Shown here: positions 63,404-64,000 of the stretch, one piece after another
Layout: each line of letters opens with the position of its first letter
How positions within the stretch are numbered: the first letter of the stretch is position 1
Virus record (IMG/VR): IMGVR_UViG_3300028025_002058
Coordinates: 1,466-65,465 of that record
Source: a virus
Taxonomy: Duplodnaviria; Caudoviricetes
Reading direction: 5' to 3' (one strand)
Length of the DNA stretch: 64,000 nt
Program-made: the position numbers and the translations under genes
Notes under the pieces: generated by a model
Seen by the model: the letters and a program-made list of their open reading frames with translations, nothing else
What the model was told of the DNA's origin: nothing
Database searches by the model: none

Positions 63404-64000
63404 TTAGTTAAAAATTTCATTTACGGAACCGAGGAAAGAACCGTTCCACTTTGATTTTTTGATTGTTACTTCCTGTGACCCGCCAAGGTCAGAGGACTTC
63501 TTAATTGCAGTCTCTGATTCTACTGCATCGACACGCTTTTCTACGCCATCAATCGTGTTCTTGATATTTTCTACAGCCTTTGAAAGGGCTGCATGCTGTT
63601 CTGCCAACTCTGAAATTCGACTATCAACGCTCTTGCTGAAAGTTTCAACTGTATCTTTGATAGTTGTAACTTGTGCTGCATTTGCTTCTGAAGCTTTATT
63701 CAATGTCTCTGAGAAAAATCCCTTAAGATCGCCAAGCATCTTTGCAAAATCAGGTTCATCAACCATAACTTCTGATACGTCGGCTGCTTTTTCTAGAGTT
63801 TCGGCAGAAGCGTCTGCTACTGCATCTGCAGGAGCTTCTTCAACAGCTGGTGCTTCCTCTACGGGAGCATCTACTGCTGTGTCTTCTACGGTTGCTTCTG
63901 GTGCTACTGCATCTTCTGCAACTACGTTTTCTGTATTATCTGACACTTCTTTACCTCCTTCTATGTCTGCCTGTTTTGCAATTTGTGTTTCAGGCGTCGA
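63404..64000 (-). CDS. capsid scaffold, probably the C-terminal part of a longer prohead protease gene (5' truncated)
   Basis: Acidic plus coiled-coil; frame open to the window edge; internal AAGGAGGT-GTG start at 63946. Confidence 0.7.
   Translation of the reverse strand, partial: STPETQIAKQADIEGGKEVSDNTENVVAEDAVAPEATVEDTAVDAPVEEAPAVEEAPADAVADASAETLEKAADVSEVMVDEPDFAKMLGDLKGFFSETLNKASEANAAQVTTIKDTVETFSKSVDSRISELAEQHAALSKAVENIKNTIDGVEKRVDAVESETAIKKSSDLGGSQEVTIKKSKWNGSFLGSVNEIFN

Noticed and set aside
1-64000. Prophage or alternative genetic code
   Set aside because: No integrase, att site or host flank seen; long genes read through in the standard code and all three stops are used.

Overview
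The window is a 64-kb stretch of a large, AT-rich tailed phage genome with siphovirus-type tail genes. No cellular housekeeping locus, integrase or CRISPR array is present. WhiB, an Lsr2-like mini-protein, many leaderless genes and GAAAGG-type Shine-Dalgarno (SD) sites point to an actinobacterial host; the low GC suggests freshwater acI/Nanopelagicales, which is an inference. Layout: (i) 1-4524, small + strand 'early' genes with a shared promoter motif and a candidate sRNA; (ii) 4525-5070, a non-coding strand-convergence region with DnaA boxes, phased TGG boxes and a spaced repeat; (iii) 5073-22400, - strand accessory genes (PduO plus a transcobalamin-like secreted protein, half-PnuC, GroES, thioredoxin, S8 protease, HslV-like peptidase, WhiB, CHAP lysin cassette, PA14 surface protein, Hsp20, one tRNA-CAT); (iv) 22413-38631, terminase, recombination and replication genes (RuvC, Cas4-like nuclease, RecA, DnaE, SSB, primase, DnaB); (v) 38718-64000, tail, tape measure, head-tail connectors, major capsid and scaffold. 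Best candidates for new biology are a vitamin B12 capture/adenosylation operon, an anti-SD sRNA matching four promoter-proximal early genes, and the host-regulator-site array at the strand switch. All family calls come from motif recognition by eye, not database searches. Several starts were re-chosen from the ORF track, and about 15 short ORFs missing from it were translated by hand.
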